NCBI GenBank assembly: GCA_009914755.4
Contig: CP086569.2
Span: 19,936,001 to 20,000,000, forward strand
Direction of reading: 5' to 3'
DNA: 64,000 nucleotides
From: the human T2T-CHM13v2.0 reference genome, Homo sapiens
Under the pieces are notes generated by a model, which had not been told where the DNA came from, searched no databases, and saw only the letters and a program-made list of their open reading frames with translations. Positions 28,506 to 43,248 of this stretch are shown piece by piece (the stretch's first letter is position 1; each line of letters begins with the position of its first letter). The position numbers were made by a program, and so were the translations under genes.

Positions 28506-28720
28506 CCCCTGGGCTCAAGTGACTCTCCAAGTCTTGGCCTCTCAAGTATCTGGGACTACAGGCACACACCATCACATTCGGCTAAGTTTTATTTTTATTT
28601 TTGTAGACATGGGGTCTTTCTTGATATACTTCCCAGACTGGTTTTGAGCTCCTGATCTCAAGCGATCCTTCTGCCTCCGCCTCCCAAAGTGCTGGGGACT
28701 ATGCGCACCACATCTGACCT
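28506..28720 (-). mobile_element. Alu SINE fragment
   Basis: cctgggctcaagtgactctccaagtcttggcctctcaagtatctgggactacaggcacacacc.. Confidence 0.8.
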
Positions 28721-28859
28721 GTATCACACTTCAAGATGCAGGATGCACTGCATCGCTGATCCCAAATGCTGTTGTGTATCCCATTAAGATACCACAGGAC
28801 ATGTTGGATATGTTTACAAATATCAGGTAAGACAACTGAGTGACTTGCTACCCACAGTC

Positions 28860-29164
28860 TTTTTTTTTTTTTTTTTTTGAGATAAAGTCTTGCTCTGCCA
28901 CAAAAGATGGAGTGCAGTGGTGCAATCTCTGCTTACTGAAACCTCCCCCTCCTGGGTTCAAGTGATTCTCCTGCCTCAGCCTCCCGAGTAGCTAGGATTA
29001 CAGGCATGTGCCACCAAGCCCAGCTAAGTTTTTTCATATTTTTAGTAGAGATGGGGTTTTGCTGTGTTGGCCAGGCTGGTCTTGAATTCCTGGCCTCAAG
29101 TGATCTGCCCACCTCGGCCTCCTAAAGCACTGGGATTACAAGGGTAAGCCACCTCGCCTGGCCT
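28860..29164 (-). mobile_element. Alu SINE
   Basis: ttttttttttttttttttgagataaagtcttgctctgccacaaaagatggagtgcagtggtgcaatctctgcttactgaaacc..gggtaagccacctcgcctggcc. Confidence 0.9.
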
Positions 29165-29279
29165 GCAGCCTTTTTCACTTCAGGACACTGTTCCCGTGAA
29201 CTTAGCAAAGAAGGGTTTGGTAATTTAGTGATAACTTGAAACCAAAGCAGAAGATGAAACAATTATCTGGATGATTGTA

Positions 29280-30180
29280 GGGAGACCACCTGAAACTATT
29301 GCTACAGAATAAAAGATGAAATGCTCCTGATTATTGTAAATACAAAATTACACGCAGGACTGTGTAAAGACAATGCCAGGTTGGACTGCCAGAATGACCC
29401 AACAGCGTGTGATGTGCTTCCCCTTGCAGACAACCTATAAATGGACATGCAGTCAGGGAGGTTTCATATCACCAAGGTTCCTATCCCAGAAAAGCAGATG
29501 TTCACAGCTCTGGGAATGGAATGTGACCCTTGTGGAGAGCTTATAAACGGATTCATGAAGGGCACCTGTCCATATGGATAAGATAGGGCTATAAATGTCC
29601 TCATCTTGCCACAGCTATTCTAGGCCTCTTTAGGGTTAAAGCATACTCCCTTCTGAGAATTTCTGGTCTAACTGGTTGTCTGGCTTCACGTCCTGTTTCT
29701 AAGGATTGCTGGTAACCAGCTTTTGCTGCAACTGTTACTGCTGATTAATATCTTGCTAATCACAGGTTATAGAAAGACTGTGTTTCTGTTTTAAGGCTCT
29801 GTTACAAATTACTGATGCACACATTATATTGTAAATTCTTATCTCTGTATACTGTGCTTTTGCATACAGATGTTATGTTAAAGAATTACTTCATTCCCAT
29901 GTGACCATCTCATCTCATAATCAAATGACCCTAAATCCCTCACTAACCTACCCTCGCCCTCACTAAACTTAATAATAAACGCTGGTATATCCAGTGCATT
30001 GTTGGCACCATGGGACAAGAAGGCAGTGACCCCCCTGGACTCAGCTTTCACTATCTTGTGTGTGTCTATTATTCCTTGACCTGCTGATCTGCCTGGGAAC
30101 AAAGAGAGCCCCACTGCATTGCGGGCTGCTGGTCAGATCCCGCAATAAATGACGATAGTAAAAATAAGAGAATCTGGGTT
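29280..30180 (+). other. Possible degenerate LTR-like element (unclassified)
   Basis: Non-coding block with TATA-like ctataaatgg / gctataaatg and aataataaacgctgg..ttgttggcaccatgggacaag..cccgcaataaatg. Only compositional and motif resemblance to an LTR. Confidence 0.2.
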
Positions 30181-30612
30181 TAAGTTGTTGCAGTAGGTAT
30201 GCCCAAATTGCACAGACTCACCTTCTCACCCACACCTCCAATTCAAATGCAGCTCATTCCATAAGGAGGTCGAGGGAGAAAGTCTATTTTGCACTCCTTG
30301 AATCTCTTCTCACTCGGCGATTGCTTTTACCAACAGAATGAAGCAAAAGTGAAGCTGTGTAGCTCAAGCTTCTGCTGCCCTACTGTTCTTGGTAGCCCCA
30401 ATGACTAGTCTGCTGGATGGTGAAAGGTGCAGGGCTCAGCTGACATCCAGCCAGCCATGTATCATACAGGAAGAATGACACATTGTTACCAAGTGGGTTT
30501 TAATGCAGGAATGCATGATTGGTTTAACATTGGAAGAACAATGTAATTAACAATATTTACAAACTAAGAAATCAAAACCAAATGATAAATAAATGTAAAA
30601 AAAAAATTATAG

Positions 30613-30853
30613 GGCCAAGTATGGTGGCTCACACCTGTAATCCTAACACTTTGGGAGTCCAACGCAGGTGGATCACCTGAGGTCAGGAGTTTGAGACCAG
30701 TCTGGCTAACATGGTGAAGCCCCGTCTCTACTAAAAATACAAAAATTAGCCTGACATGGTGGTGCACACCTGTGGTCCCAGCTCCTCAGGAAGCTGAGGC
30801 AGGAGAATCAATCAAACTTGGGATGCAAATGTTGCAGTAAGCCAAGACCACGG
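30613..30853 (+). mobile_element. Alu SINE (3'-truncated)
   Basis: gggccaagtatggtggctcacacctgtaatcctaacactttgggagtccaacgcaggtggatcacctgaggtcaggagtttgagaccag.. Confidence 0.85.
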
Positions 30854-30855
30854 CA

Positions 30856-32340
30856 AAATAAATTATAAAATTCAATGTCCATTCCTGATAAACACTTAGC
30901 AAACTTGTAATAGAAGGGAACTTCCTCAACCTCATAAAGTGCCTTTATGGAACTCTACAGCAAACATCACGGTTAATGGTAAAAAAAGTAGGCGCTTTCC
31001 AATTACCGTCAGAAATAAGCCTGTGATGTCCACTCTCATCACTTCTTTTGAACACTGTACTGCAGGTTCTAGCCCAAGAGAAATGAGATAAAAGGTATCC
31101 AAGAAAGGAAAAAGTAAAACTGACTTTGTTTATTTCTGTAGAAAATCCAACAGAATCTATAAAAAGACACCAGAATTAATAATTGAGTTTAGTATGGTTG
31201 TAGGATACAAAACCAGCATATTTACAAAGTTGGTTTCCATCCCAGTTTAAAAAAAAATCAAAAATTAGAAAAGCAAAACCATTTACAACAGTATCAAAAT
31301 ATGAAATACTTAGGGATAAATCTGAAAAAAGATGTGTGAGATTCATACACTGAAAGCTAAAGCATTGCTAAGGAAAGCACAGTCCACCTAAATCAATGGA
31401 AGGATAAGCTGTGTTCATGAGTCAGAAGGCTCAAATTCACCAAAATGTCACTTCCTTCCAAATTAATCCACAAAGTCACTGCAATCCCAATTAAAATCCC
31501 AGCAGGCTTTTAAGTGAAAACTGACAAATTGATTCTAAAATTCATACAGAAATGTGAAAGACCTAAGATAACCAAAACATGTTTGAAAAAGGAAAAAAGT
31601 TGAAGGACTAATATTCTTTTGACTTAAAGGTTTATTAAAGCTACAGTAATCATGATGGTGTGTTTCTGGTGTAGTAACAGATAAATAAATTAAAGGAACA
31701 AAATGATGTCCAGGGGCCCAATGCAGTGGCTCACACTTGTAATCCCAGCACTTTGGGAAGCCAAGGGAGGAGGACTGCTTGAACTCAGGAGTTTGAGACC
31801 AGCCTGGGCAGCACAGCAAGACCCCATCTCTACAAAAAATTCAAAAAAGAATAAAGTAGTCGAGCATGGTGGGGCACGGTGGTGCATGCCTGTAGTCCTA
31901 GCTACTTGGGAGGCTGAGGCGGGAGGATCGATTGAGCCCAGGAGTTTGAGGCTTCAGTGAGCTATGATCATGGCACTGAGCTCCAGCCTGGGAGACTGAG
32001 TGAGACCCCATCTCTTAAAAAAGAAAAAAAAAATTGTCCAGAAAGAGACACTCCCATATATTGACAATGGATTTTTTGACAAGGATACAAGGCAACACAG
32101 GGAAGAATGGATTCCATTTATATGAAGTTCTAGAAAATGTGAAGTACCCTAAAGGGACAGAAACCAAATTGGGATGGGAGAGGGCAATTTTGAAGGGGTC
32201 CTAGGAAGCTTTGGTAGGGATAGATGCATTCATTGTCTTTATCTATAATGTATTCATACCCAAAATTTGTCAAAGTGTATACTTTAATTAAACTACAGTT
32301 TATTACATGTCAATAATATCTGAATAAAGTTGTTGGAGGA
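30856..32340 (+). mobile_element. Old L1 (L1M-type) ORF2 fragment, interrupted by an Alu
   Basis: Degenerate ORF2 translation (..KYLGINLKKDV*DSYTES*SIAKESTVHLNQWKDKLCS.. ..[55 protein letters not shown]..) matches L1 ORF2 ..RIKYLGINLTKEVKDLY..IYRFNAIPIKIP.. Confidence 0.7.
31713..32033 (+). mobile_element. Alu SINE inserted in old L1 (TSD tgtccag)
   Basis: ggcccaatgcagtggctcacacttgtaatcccagcactttgggaagccaag..; flanks ..aaaatgatgtccag | Alu | aaaaaaaaaattgtccag. Confidence 0.9.
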
Positions 32341-32902
32341 AAAAGCAGCAGTTGCCAGGCTTCAAATGCCAAGCGAAACAGGAAGGAAGAAATAAAATTA
32401 TTATTTAGGGCTTACATGTGCCACTCTGGCAGTTACTTTAATAGTCATTAGCTCATTTAATCCCTCGCAAAAGGCCGTGAGAGGAGATATAATCCCAATT
32501 CTTAGAAGAAAACCAAAAGCAAGGAAAAATAAAGTAACTTACTCATGGTCATAGCTTATCACTAAGATTCAAAACCTTTCTACAAATCCTGCCCTATAGA
32601 AAAAGGGTTGAAATGTGATCCATTATGTGACAGGCACACAAGGGGAAACACATACCCCAGATAACAGTGAGGTAAGCTTATCCAAGTCCAGGTCAATGTG
32701 GATCGGTCTGAGGAGAGAGGCGTGAGTGACCACACTGAGGAGAGGCAGCCATGGGTGTTTTGTACACAGACTAAATGTATGTAGGGAATATTGGTTAACA
32801 TGATAGACTTAGATGGGGAAAAAAAATTCTCTAAGAAATCTCATGAAAGCATAGGCACCAAAGCCTTCCATTCTACATCCTCAATCTAAAAGCATGACTG
32901 CG

Positions 32903-33045
32903 GTTGCGTGCAGTGGCTCCTTCTTGCAATCCCAGCACTCTGGGAGGGCTAGGTGGGAGGATCATTTGAGCTCAGAAGCTGGAGTCCAGCCTGTGCTGGA
33001 CAGTCAGACACCATCTTTATTTTAAAAATAAAACATAAAAATAAA
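32903..33045 (+). mobile_element. Alu monomer-like fragment
   Basis: gactgcggttgcgtgcagtggctccttcttgcaatcccagcactctgggagggctaggtgggaggatcatttgagctcagaagctggagtccagcctg. Confidence 0.6.
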
Positions 33046-33288
33046 GCACTATTGAACCTCCAAACTAGGTACTATCTGGAAATTCTAACAATTTCCCAAT
33101 CACACCGTTTGAGAAGCTGTGTGCAAAACCTAAAAGCCTGCTGCCCTCAAGTCCTGTGTGGTGTGGTGCTCTCATCTCCCTCAAGAATTCACAAAACAGT
33201 AAGAACTCACCAAGTTACCTGCAGTTCTGAAGGAGTTAACAGGAAGTGATTTTTGTTAGAGACTGCTGTAAGAAAAAGCTTCAGGTAA

Positions 33289-33695
<407 letters not shown>

Positions 33696-36600
33696 TCAAA
33701 GGATTTTTAAGCAAAGCAAGTTTATTTTTGCACAGAAGGGTGCCTCTGGTATGTCTGGTTGCCACGAGAGCACCCCAAACAAAGGAGAATAGAAGTTTTT
33801 ATTTTTAAGGCAACTTTTGTCTGCCTTTTTCCTACTGGCTGGGGTTGGACCACACAATCTAAACTAGGCTCAACTGGTTAAACATTTAAACTTTTTTAGA
33901 TAAGGTGGGCGCATGATGGGAGAGAGGGTGGAGGAGGAAGGGGTGGTTTATGACAAACTAGAGAGCCAGTCTTTTCCCAGATAAGGCAAGGAATGTGAGT
34001 TGGTGCTGATAATGCTACTGGTGCTGTGGCACGCCCGGGCAGGTAGTAAAGACAAGGAGAAGAAAAGGAGAAGAAAGGGCGGTGGGGTGGAGTTGGGGGC
34101 ATGTACTGGGAATTAAAAAATAAAAGGCTGAGCAGGCTGTTATGAAGAAAAACCTTGCCATATCTCACAACTCACATGCAACTCCTCACAACAAAGAAGA
34201 AACAGGAAAACATTCATCTAGCAATGTGTCTTAGGTCCTTACTCCAATTACAAGACCATGAACATCATGAGCGATGGCTACCACCTACACATGCAGCCCT
34301 GCCAAACACCACATGCTCATTTTATCTCCAGACAAATCTCGTCTCATAAAATGGGAAGCTGTCATACCCTCGGATCTCCTCCAGCGCTAATACTCAGGTG
34401 ACTACTTGGTAAAGGTGCTCTTCATTGAGCAGGAGAAACCATCAGGATTAGGGGCAGAAATGTAACATAGCAGCACATCTTAGGGTTCAGAGTCTGAGAG
34501 CAATTTCCTATCCTTCTTCTGAGACTGAAGCTCCTGTCAACACTGCCCAATAAACACTCACAGTACACAGCTAAGGATGGAAGCCAGAAGAGTAAGAGGC
34601 AAACAGGGATGCTAAGTTTGCACCCTCCTGTTCCAACCTGAGTATCATCTGTGTTTTTGTGTTTGTATGGATCTGGGGGAATGGTACCAAGATCTCTAAG
34701 GTGCAATATTAGAAGATCTGAACATTTACTAAGGGGAAGGGAAAGGGAGAAAGAAAACGATCTGACTCAACAATAAACCTAGGAATGAAAATAAGGAGGC
34801 TCACTGGCATTTGAAACAAAGCAGTAGCAAGGCCGGGCAGAAGCAGCCATGGCGGCACAATCAGGGACTAGCGTCACACGCACATCACACCCTTCTGATC
34901 CATTATATTTATTTCCTTTTTTTTTTTTTGAGATGATGTCTTCTTCTGTCCCCTACGCTGGAGGGCAATGGCACAATCATGGGTCACCACAACTTCAACC
35001 TCCCATTCCACTGCGCCCAGCTTGTTCCATTTTAATCAAAAAATTAAAGAAAGAAAGAAAGAAAGAAAAAAACAATGGGTTAATGAGAGGAGCACTAATA
35101 AACTGAAATTGTGTTTATCACTTTCGGGAATAGTTCCTAACATTGCTGTTAGGTCACAGAGGATCTGGGCATAGCAAATGTGGCCCAGCTGCCTCGTCAG
35201 CAGCACACACAGGGCAGAGACCAGAGAAACACTCTCATTACCTTCAATGACCCATTTTTTACAGCCAGGGTCCAAGAAACAGAAATGCACATACAAGCTA
35301 TGACCCTAATAAAGACTCAGACTCAACACTGAAAAAGAAGGAAAACCAAATTGGAGTTGGTTTTTCTTTTAATGCCCTTCAAATCTATAAATAGGATGTC
35401 TATTGTGTGGACATCCCAATCCACATAATTCTTAGGAAAAAAAAGTTCCCTCTGTGGTTAAGCAACCTGATGTCTCCATACCACACCTGAACATTCTCCC
35501 TCATCCCACCTGTTAATTCACAATGTTCCAAAGAGAATGGATCTCAGGATCTCAAAGACCCACTGCCCCCAAGAAGCAACCTGGACATTCCACTGACATA
35601 AGCAATTGAGCATCATCACATGAATGTGTCTTTTTCATCCCCCAACAGTCACCCCCCAGTGCGAAGCTATCTCTGGAGGCCATCTTCTCTCCTCCAGCAG
35701 CTGGCTGTGCGCAGTTCTCCTGCACAGGTATCACCTGCACCACTGAAGCAGCCAGCAGCTTCTTCTTTTGACATTTCTCATCAGGGCTTTACATGCAAAT
35801 TCCTTACTCCCATGACTAACATCAAAGAACCACACCTTAACAGAATGAAACTTTGATTATTCCTAAATTTCTCAAGGATGAGGTAATCTGGAAGTTAAAC
35901 ATTCTTGCACTGAGTTGTCCTCACTTGGGATGGCCTTCTAGGCCTGTCACTTGTTCGAGTACGTAAATAATGACCCAACACTTTTCTTTTCTTTTTTTTT
36001 TTTTTTTTTTTTTGAGACCGTCTCACTCTGTCACTAGAGTACAGTGTCATCATCTCAGCTCACTGCAACTTCAACTTTTGGGGCTCAAGACCCCACACCT
36101 TTGGTAAATCTGTGAGCAGTGGTTCTCCTGTTTACAGGGGCAGCAGTCCCATCAGTAGTAACTCCTGCTACGCCACCCCCCCGCATCCCCCCTCAGGACA
36201 GCCCAAAACAGTCCCTGAAGATTCAGGTGACAGATAACTGACTCCAAGAGTGCAGCATCACTAGAAAAACATTACTTACAAGGAAGGTTTGCCCCCTAGA
36301 TAAAACAAACGTGACCTGATATAAAAAATATCTTAAGGCCAGGAGCAGTGGCTCACACCTGTAATCCCAACAGTTTGGGAGACCAAGGTAGGAAGACAGC
36401 TTGAGCACAGGAGTTTCAGACCAGCTTGGACAAAATAGCAAGACCCCATCTCTATAAATAAAAAGAGGAGACTCTGATAATAAAAAAGGCGGCAAGATTA
36501 TTAAACCTGACAGCCCAGGAGGGGTTGATTTCAGCCCCAGCTATGAACACTTTGAAACTAAATAGCCTTTCTTAGCCCATTAATCTTAAATTATTTATAT

Positions 36601-36730
36601 GAAACCTGATTCACTGAAAGCAGAGCCCTCAAAAGCATCCTTGTGAGGAGATTATACAGCAAATAAAAACAAATGAACCCCTGGATGACAAAGAAACAAC
36701 AAGCCATTTTTAGGATAGGTAAGGAGAGGT

Positions 36731-37037
36731 GGCCAGGCGTAGTGGCTAACACTGTACTCCCAACCCTCTGGGAGGCAGTAGGGAGGATTGCTTAGCCCAG
36801 GATTTTGAGACCAGCCTGGGTAACATAGTGAGACCCCAGCTCTACAAAAAAACAAACAAAGACACAAGTTGCCTGGTGTGGTGGCACACACCTGTGGTCC
36901 GAGCTACTCAGGTGCCTGAGGAAGGACGATTTCCCCAGCCTGGGAGGTCAAGGTTGCAGTGAGCCACGATCGTGCCAGTGTACTCCAGCCTGGGCGACAT
37001 GGCAAGACACTGTCTCAGAAAAAATAAATAAATAAAA
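36731..37037 (+). mobile_element. Alu SINE
   Basis: ggccaggcgtagtggctaacactgtactcccaaccctctgggaggcag..gcctggtgtggtggcacacacctgtggtcc..cagaaaaaataaataaataaaatg. Confidence 0.9.
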
Positions 37038-38616
37038 TGAAGGAGAGGCCTAGCTGACCTGTCTGATGTCAGGCCCTGAGAGATACTTTCAATGAGCCCT
37101 TGGCTCCTACTGGCACAATAATCAGTGAGCTAGAGAAACACCAGAGTAAAGGTCACCCAGGCCCTCCTGGATCTCGATAGCAAATCCAGTGCAGTCTAAC
37201 ACTCAAAAAGGAAACCGTGACTGGAGCAGCACTGTGGCAATGCCACAATTGTAAAACAAATTATCTCCCTCAAGATAACACCTGAAAAAGTAAAATGTTC
37301 CCATATGAGGGAAGGGCTAGTTAAGAAAAGGACTCAGCATAACTGTGGAGGGCTTATGTAAAAATAAACACAAAGAAAGTTTGCCACACAGGGCCCTTCT
37401 GTACCCGGAAGCAACTCCCTTTACGTGCACCTGGACCTGAGCACACTGCAGGGCAATGAGCCATCCAAAACATTTACTTCTGGTCTCCATTCATCTCTGT
37501 ATCTGCAGTTAAGCCAAAGCGTAATTTAGGGCACTGATAGAAACACTGCCACTGGAGACAGCCATCCAATGGAAGGCTCCCTAACAGGGGCCCAGTGCTG
37601 CTGCCCCACACGCAGACCACAGAGGCTCACATCCAGAATGAAGACTGCATACTACCCACTTGAGACAACTCTCCAACACTCACATTTGTTCATAAGCTTG
37701 GCACAAGTTTAACACATTAAATGTTTATTGTATAAAATATTAAGTATTTTCTGTCAGGTATTACTGCCTTCTCAGACCATAAGCCTTTGTAAAAATCAGA
37801 ACTTTTCAGACTTCCAAACAAAGTTTCAACCTAATATTAACTAGGTATCTATTAATATGCACATAGAAGTATTAGGAGATATAAAACAAAAACAAGTCCA
37901 AGGTGAGCCTAGCCATGCATTTGGGCAAACAGAATCCATATTCTTCCTTCTATACTGCTTCTACCAGCAGGCTTCTACCTTCAAAATCTCTAATCCCCTT
38001 CTATTTTGACCCAAAACTACTATCTTGGCCCACACTTTATTGTCTTGACAAAAATCTATGAGAGCAAATACCAGTCTGTCTTAGACAATAGAGCTATTTA
38101 GGAAACACATCTGTTGAGCTGATCAGAGCCAGCAGCTACACAACTGACTAACACAAGGCTCACTCCTGAGCTCTGCCCATCACACTTCCCCACATAACCA
38201 TTTCCTTTCCTGAACCAAGATGCCCACTTCTCCCTCCAGAATGTATGCAAATGACACCAGTGACATCCACATCTGTCAAATGTTTCCAGGGCAGAGAATG
38301 GAGTGTGACATACAGTAGGCACAAAATAAACACCACCTAGCTTCTGCTCCACTGCCCTGTTCCCCATTCCTGCTTTATTTTCTGTCTCCTTTCCTCTATC
38401 CTTTCAAGAGCCACTCCCCTAACTAAAGTTTTCCCAATTCCCTCCACTGGGAATCAATTCATTTTCTCTTTTTCCAAGTTTTTTTTTTTTGTGAATACCT
38501 GTTAACAAACACCACTAAGTCTTCACAACTTGCTTACTCAGTCTGCTTTCCAAGTCCCCTCCCTGTTTCAAGTTTCTCCAGATTCTCTTGTAAGGATCTT
38601 CTTAAGGTTGGACATG

Positions 38617-38866
38617 ATGCCTCATGTCTGTAATCCCAGCACTTTGGGATGCTGAGGAGGGAGGTTCACTAGCAGTCAGGAGTTCAAAACCAGCCTAAGA
38701 AACATACGAAGACCCCCATCTCTATAAAACATATTTTAAATTAGCCTGGTGTGGTGGCACCTGCCTGTAGGCCTAACCACTTGGGAGGCTAAGACAGGAC
38801 AATCACTTGAGCCCAGGATCTCAGGGCTGCAGTGACCCATGATCATGCCACTGCAGACAATTTTTA
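38617..38866 (+). mobile_element. Alu SINE, 3'-interrupted
   Basis: ggacatgatgcctcatgtctgtaatcccagcactttgggatgctgaggagggagg..gcctggtgtggtggcacctgcctgtaggcc..gccactgcag. Confidence 0.85.
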
Positions 38867-39118
38867 CTTCTATAGAAGGATGCAAGTTGCAGATGGAGTA
38901 ATGGTGACAGCACACCTGGATGAGGGAGGGGAAGCAGTTTTTATTCCTGATACAGGTAGCCCCTACTGCTGTGTAATGCCCTATTGGCTAGGGTGGGACT
39001 GCACATAGTCTAAGCTAATTCCGATTGGCTATTTTAAAGAGAGCAGGGGTATGAGCCGGAGTGGCAGGCTGGGTAGTTTAGTGGGAAGGGTGGTTACAGA
39101 ATAGGTGACTCAGAATGA
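38867..39118 (-). mobile_element. ERV1 LTR fragment (same family as 15344-15869), antisense
   Basis: Reverse complement reads ..ctttaaaatagccaatcggaattagcttagactatgtgcagtcccaccctagccaatagggc..ccatctgcaacttgcatccttctatagaagtaaaa. It sits between an Alu body and its apparent A-tail (39119-39140). Confidence 0.5.
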
Positions 39119-39987
39119 AAAAAATAAAAAAAAAAAAAAGCACATCTTCCATTAAATCTCCCAGGTCACAGAGCCCTTCTCACCTATGATATATTATATC
39201 CTTTTTCACAGGAACCAGTACTTACTTCAAGTTTTAGTCAACTGAATGCATCTTTCTCCCAGTCAAAGCAGGGCCTGGGTCTGCACCATCTTTGTGTTTC
39301 CTAAAACACATCAGAAAAAGCTAAGTTTGTCTAGTTTTAGAAGTCTTCCATAAAACATGTAACTCATTCAAGTTGAAAAAAGACACAAAGCTGTTCTCCC
39401 ACAATGGAGTGCATCCCATTGGGAAGAGCAGACAGGTAAGCTAGAAGTCAGCCACACAGTGTTTTACAATGGTGCCAAATGTGTGAATGGTCACAAAGAC
39501 ATAAAAAATAAGCACTGCCCTCATCAAAACTGCCAAAGTCATGAAAAACAAGGAAACACTGAGAAATAGTTACATACAAGAGACTAAGTAGACATGACAA
39601 CTAAAGGCAACGTGGGATCCTGGATGGGATCCTGGGACAGCAAGGGAACATTATTGGAAAAATCTCCAGCTTGCTCAGTAGTCCCCCAACAATGCCACAC
39701 TACTCTGGCCACATGGACTCTGGTGAACCAACTCAAAGCACTGCAGCCAGGTGCACGACCCTGCTCCAATCATACATGTGATGACAGGGTCCCAGTGTGG
39801 GAAGGAGAAGAATGTCCCAGTGGGTCCGTGTCCTTTCTCTGAAACCTGTGAATATCTTAGGTTGCATGGAAAAGGAAATTAAGGTTACTAATCAGCAGAG
39901 AGGGAGATGATCCTGCATTGTTCAGATGGGCCCAATGTAATCACAAGTCAAGACTAAGATTCCACTTGTAATCACAAGAGGAAGAGG

Positions 39988-40147
39988 GGCCAGGCACAGT
40001 GGTTCCATGCCTGTAATTCCAGCACCATCGGGGGGCTGAGGCAGAGGGACTGATTGAGACCAGGAGGCCAAGGCTGCAGTGAGCCTTGATTGTGCCACTG
40101 CACTTCAGCCTGGGCAACACAGCCAAGAACCTGTTTCCAAAAAAAAG
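39988..40147 (+). mobile_element. Alu with internal deletion
   Basis: ggccaggcacagtggttccatgcctgtaattccagcacc..gaggccaaggctgcagtgagccttgattgtgccactgcacttcagcctgggcaacac. Confidence 0.75.
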
Positions 40148-41651
40148 GGGACCAGGGCAGCAGAAGAGTCAGAGAGATGCCATGAGGCTGGCTTTGAAGA
40201 TTGCAGCACTACAGGCCACAGAAAGCAGGCAGCGTCTGGAACATGGAAAAGGAAAGAAAGAGATTCCCCACTGGAGCCTCCAGAAGGAACCAGCCCTACC
40301 CACACCTTAATTTTAGCCCAGGCAGATCACATTAGGCTTCTAATCAGCAGAACTATAAAACAATACATCTAAGTGTATGGCGGTTTGTTACAGCATCACC
40401 AGAAAACCAACACAGGCAGCACTGATAAAAGTGCCAGTGCTTCTCCAACGGCTGGGAGCTGTTTCCCTTCTACCTTCCGTATCTCCCACGTCACTGCTGC
40501 TTACACACCCTCCATCTGCCTTCGTCTCATCCCCCTGAACCAATGTATTTATGGACTTAGAAGAAAGCTATTAAGGAAAAGGAGAAGGTGTAGGTTAAAT
40601 TCTAAGAGATATTTTCTCCTCAACTCCCGAAAACTTCACTGTGCCATTAGCCTCAACTTAAATGTCCCTCTTTACAAAAGTAATACAAAGTTTCAGCATC
40701 ATCTTTTTAAAAAAGCCAGTCATCTGATAAGAACCCAAGTTTAGTAGAATCAGATCTAATCACTTTGCCAAAGAAACATAAAATTTGAATGTAAATTTCA
40801 CTAAGGTTACATCTGTTTAGCATTATCTAAACTATTAAGTGAAAGTACATAGCACTTTTCTGAGTTTCATACTAAAAGATAAAGGATACAATTCAAATAT
40901 ACCTCTCTTATGTTAGGGGAAAAAATACCTATAAGAAAATGTTCTGATTGTTAGCATATTAATATATTATGCTCTAAAGAACTTCAAATTTCAGATAGAC
41001 TATTCTCAAGGTAACAAAAAATATCTATGTATGTAATTTAAATAAATAACCAGCCAAACATACAATTCTAGTAAAGAAATATGCACAAAGTCTAAAAATT
41101 CCTTCAAATTAGAATCAACTGTGGGGTTGTGGAATACTAATACAAGTTCTCAAGACATTATTCAGCCTCCTAAAAGCTGGATTTTTTTCTTTGTCACCAC
41201 CTAAAAAGGCAAGGTTTATTCAGTGCTCTGCACATCCTTTAATTAGCCAGACATCTTGGTAATAATAACTTTTTAAAAGTTAAGCCTTTCAAGAGTGGTG
41301 CTTTGGGGTTTTTTGTTTGTTTTACTTTTATTTCTTGTTTTGTATCTGTAAAACCACATTTAGAAACATGGTAGAATACTAACAAAGCTTGATATCTTAA
41401 GAGTAAAATACAGTCCCTCACTGCTTCTTACTCTCTCCTATTTTAGGTAAGTTTAAACAATATAGCCATAACAATCTTAAGTTTACATCATCATCCAGAA
41501 TTAAATCAAAATCTTCTTTGATTGTGCCAGTGTGAAAGCAGGACATAAGCTAATCCCAACTCTGGTAAAACCTCAGGAATCAAGCACCCTACACAATCTT
41601 CCCATTGCTTAGAATGACTGCATTCATTATTTCAGGACATTAGCAACCTAA

Positions 41652-42041
<390 letters not shown>

Positions 42042-43248
42042 TAATGTTACATGAAAAATAACCTCTGATATGACAAACTTATTAAGCATTTACAATAGAA
42101 TTTCAATTTCATCCATTCTTAAAAGTCACATTTTTTAGAGTTAAGTAATGAGGGGGAAAGTTTCATAATTTTACCATGACAGAAAAAATTTTCATAGAAG
42201 TGATCAGAAATGTTTTGCATTGAGAAAAAGCCAACATTTTCAAATAAAGAGTGGGTGCACAGTGGTTGCTGTGTAAGTGGAAAAAAAAGGGGACCTACCG
42301 ATTTTTCAGGATAATAAATAATTCAATACACAAATGCCAAGAACAAGCCTGGAAACAGGTCTCACGCTCCGCCAGCCACAGGGACACTATAACTAAGACA
42401 GCAGCACCCACACAGCCACTTCAACCTTGACCTCTAAGAGGAAAGAGAAAAAGCAGGTGTGGGGCATCCCAGAAGATGGGATTTTCAGTCAACAAGATTT
42501 GGCTCTTTCAGCGCTTGAAAAATCTCAGCCATTACTGACAGGATGGCTTACTTTTATTTTCACACTGAAAATGTGCTTTTAACTCTTTATTCACAGAACC
42601 AGTTTTCGAACTACAAGGTAAGATTTCTTAGACCTAGAACAGTGTCTGAATGTTTTCAACCACAAGCAACCAGTTTCCCTCCACCAAATATCCTTGCCTC
42701 TTACTATAAAGCCAAAAAATGAAAACAAGTCTCGATCTCCTAAATATACTCATAGTCTTTTCAAAAGCCATTTTTCACCAATTAAGTTTCATTTAAAAAG
42801 ACACTTTGAAAACATAAACATGGGAAAATCAATAAGGCACACCTCTATTTTGTTGTATTTCCCTCAAAAGAAAATATTTTTTTCTTCATTAAAATGCAAA
42901 AATTTTCACATGACTCCACTTGTTCAGCTACATTTGGCCGGAAGGTACTCAAAGTTACAAATGAAACATTAAATTCTCATAAACAGCAGCAGCCAAAACT
43001 GATTTCAACCCATCCCTTACAGCATCTGAAATCCTGATGGAAAGGATGATGAAATTAGAATAAAAACAGCTTATGGCCTTCTACTTTGGCCTAAAAACCA
43101 GTCTTACTAAAACTGCTTTCACAGAAAGCATTTACTTCCCACAAAGACAACATTCCTTTTAATTATGTTTATCTCTTCTGCCAATTTTGAAAACTGTGTT
43201 CCCACCTTTATGTAAATTATAAAAGCAAACCTGTAATGAAAACAAATG

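Noticed and set aside
41430-41450. Perfect consensus splice donor AG|GTAAGT (..ctcctattttaggtaagttt..)
   Set aside because: It is immediately preceded by a polypyrimidine tract and AG, so any exon would be zero-length. There is no upstream ORF or conservation signal, and the match is most likely chance in AT-rich sequence.
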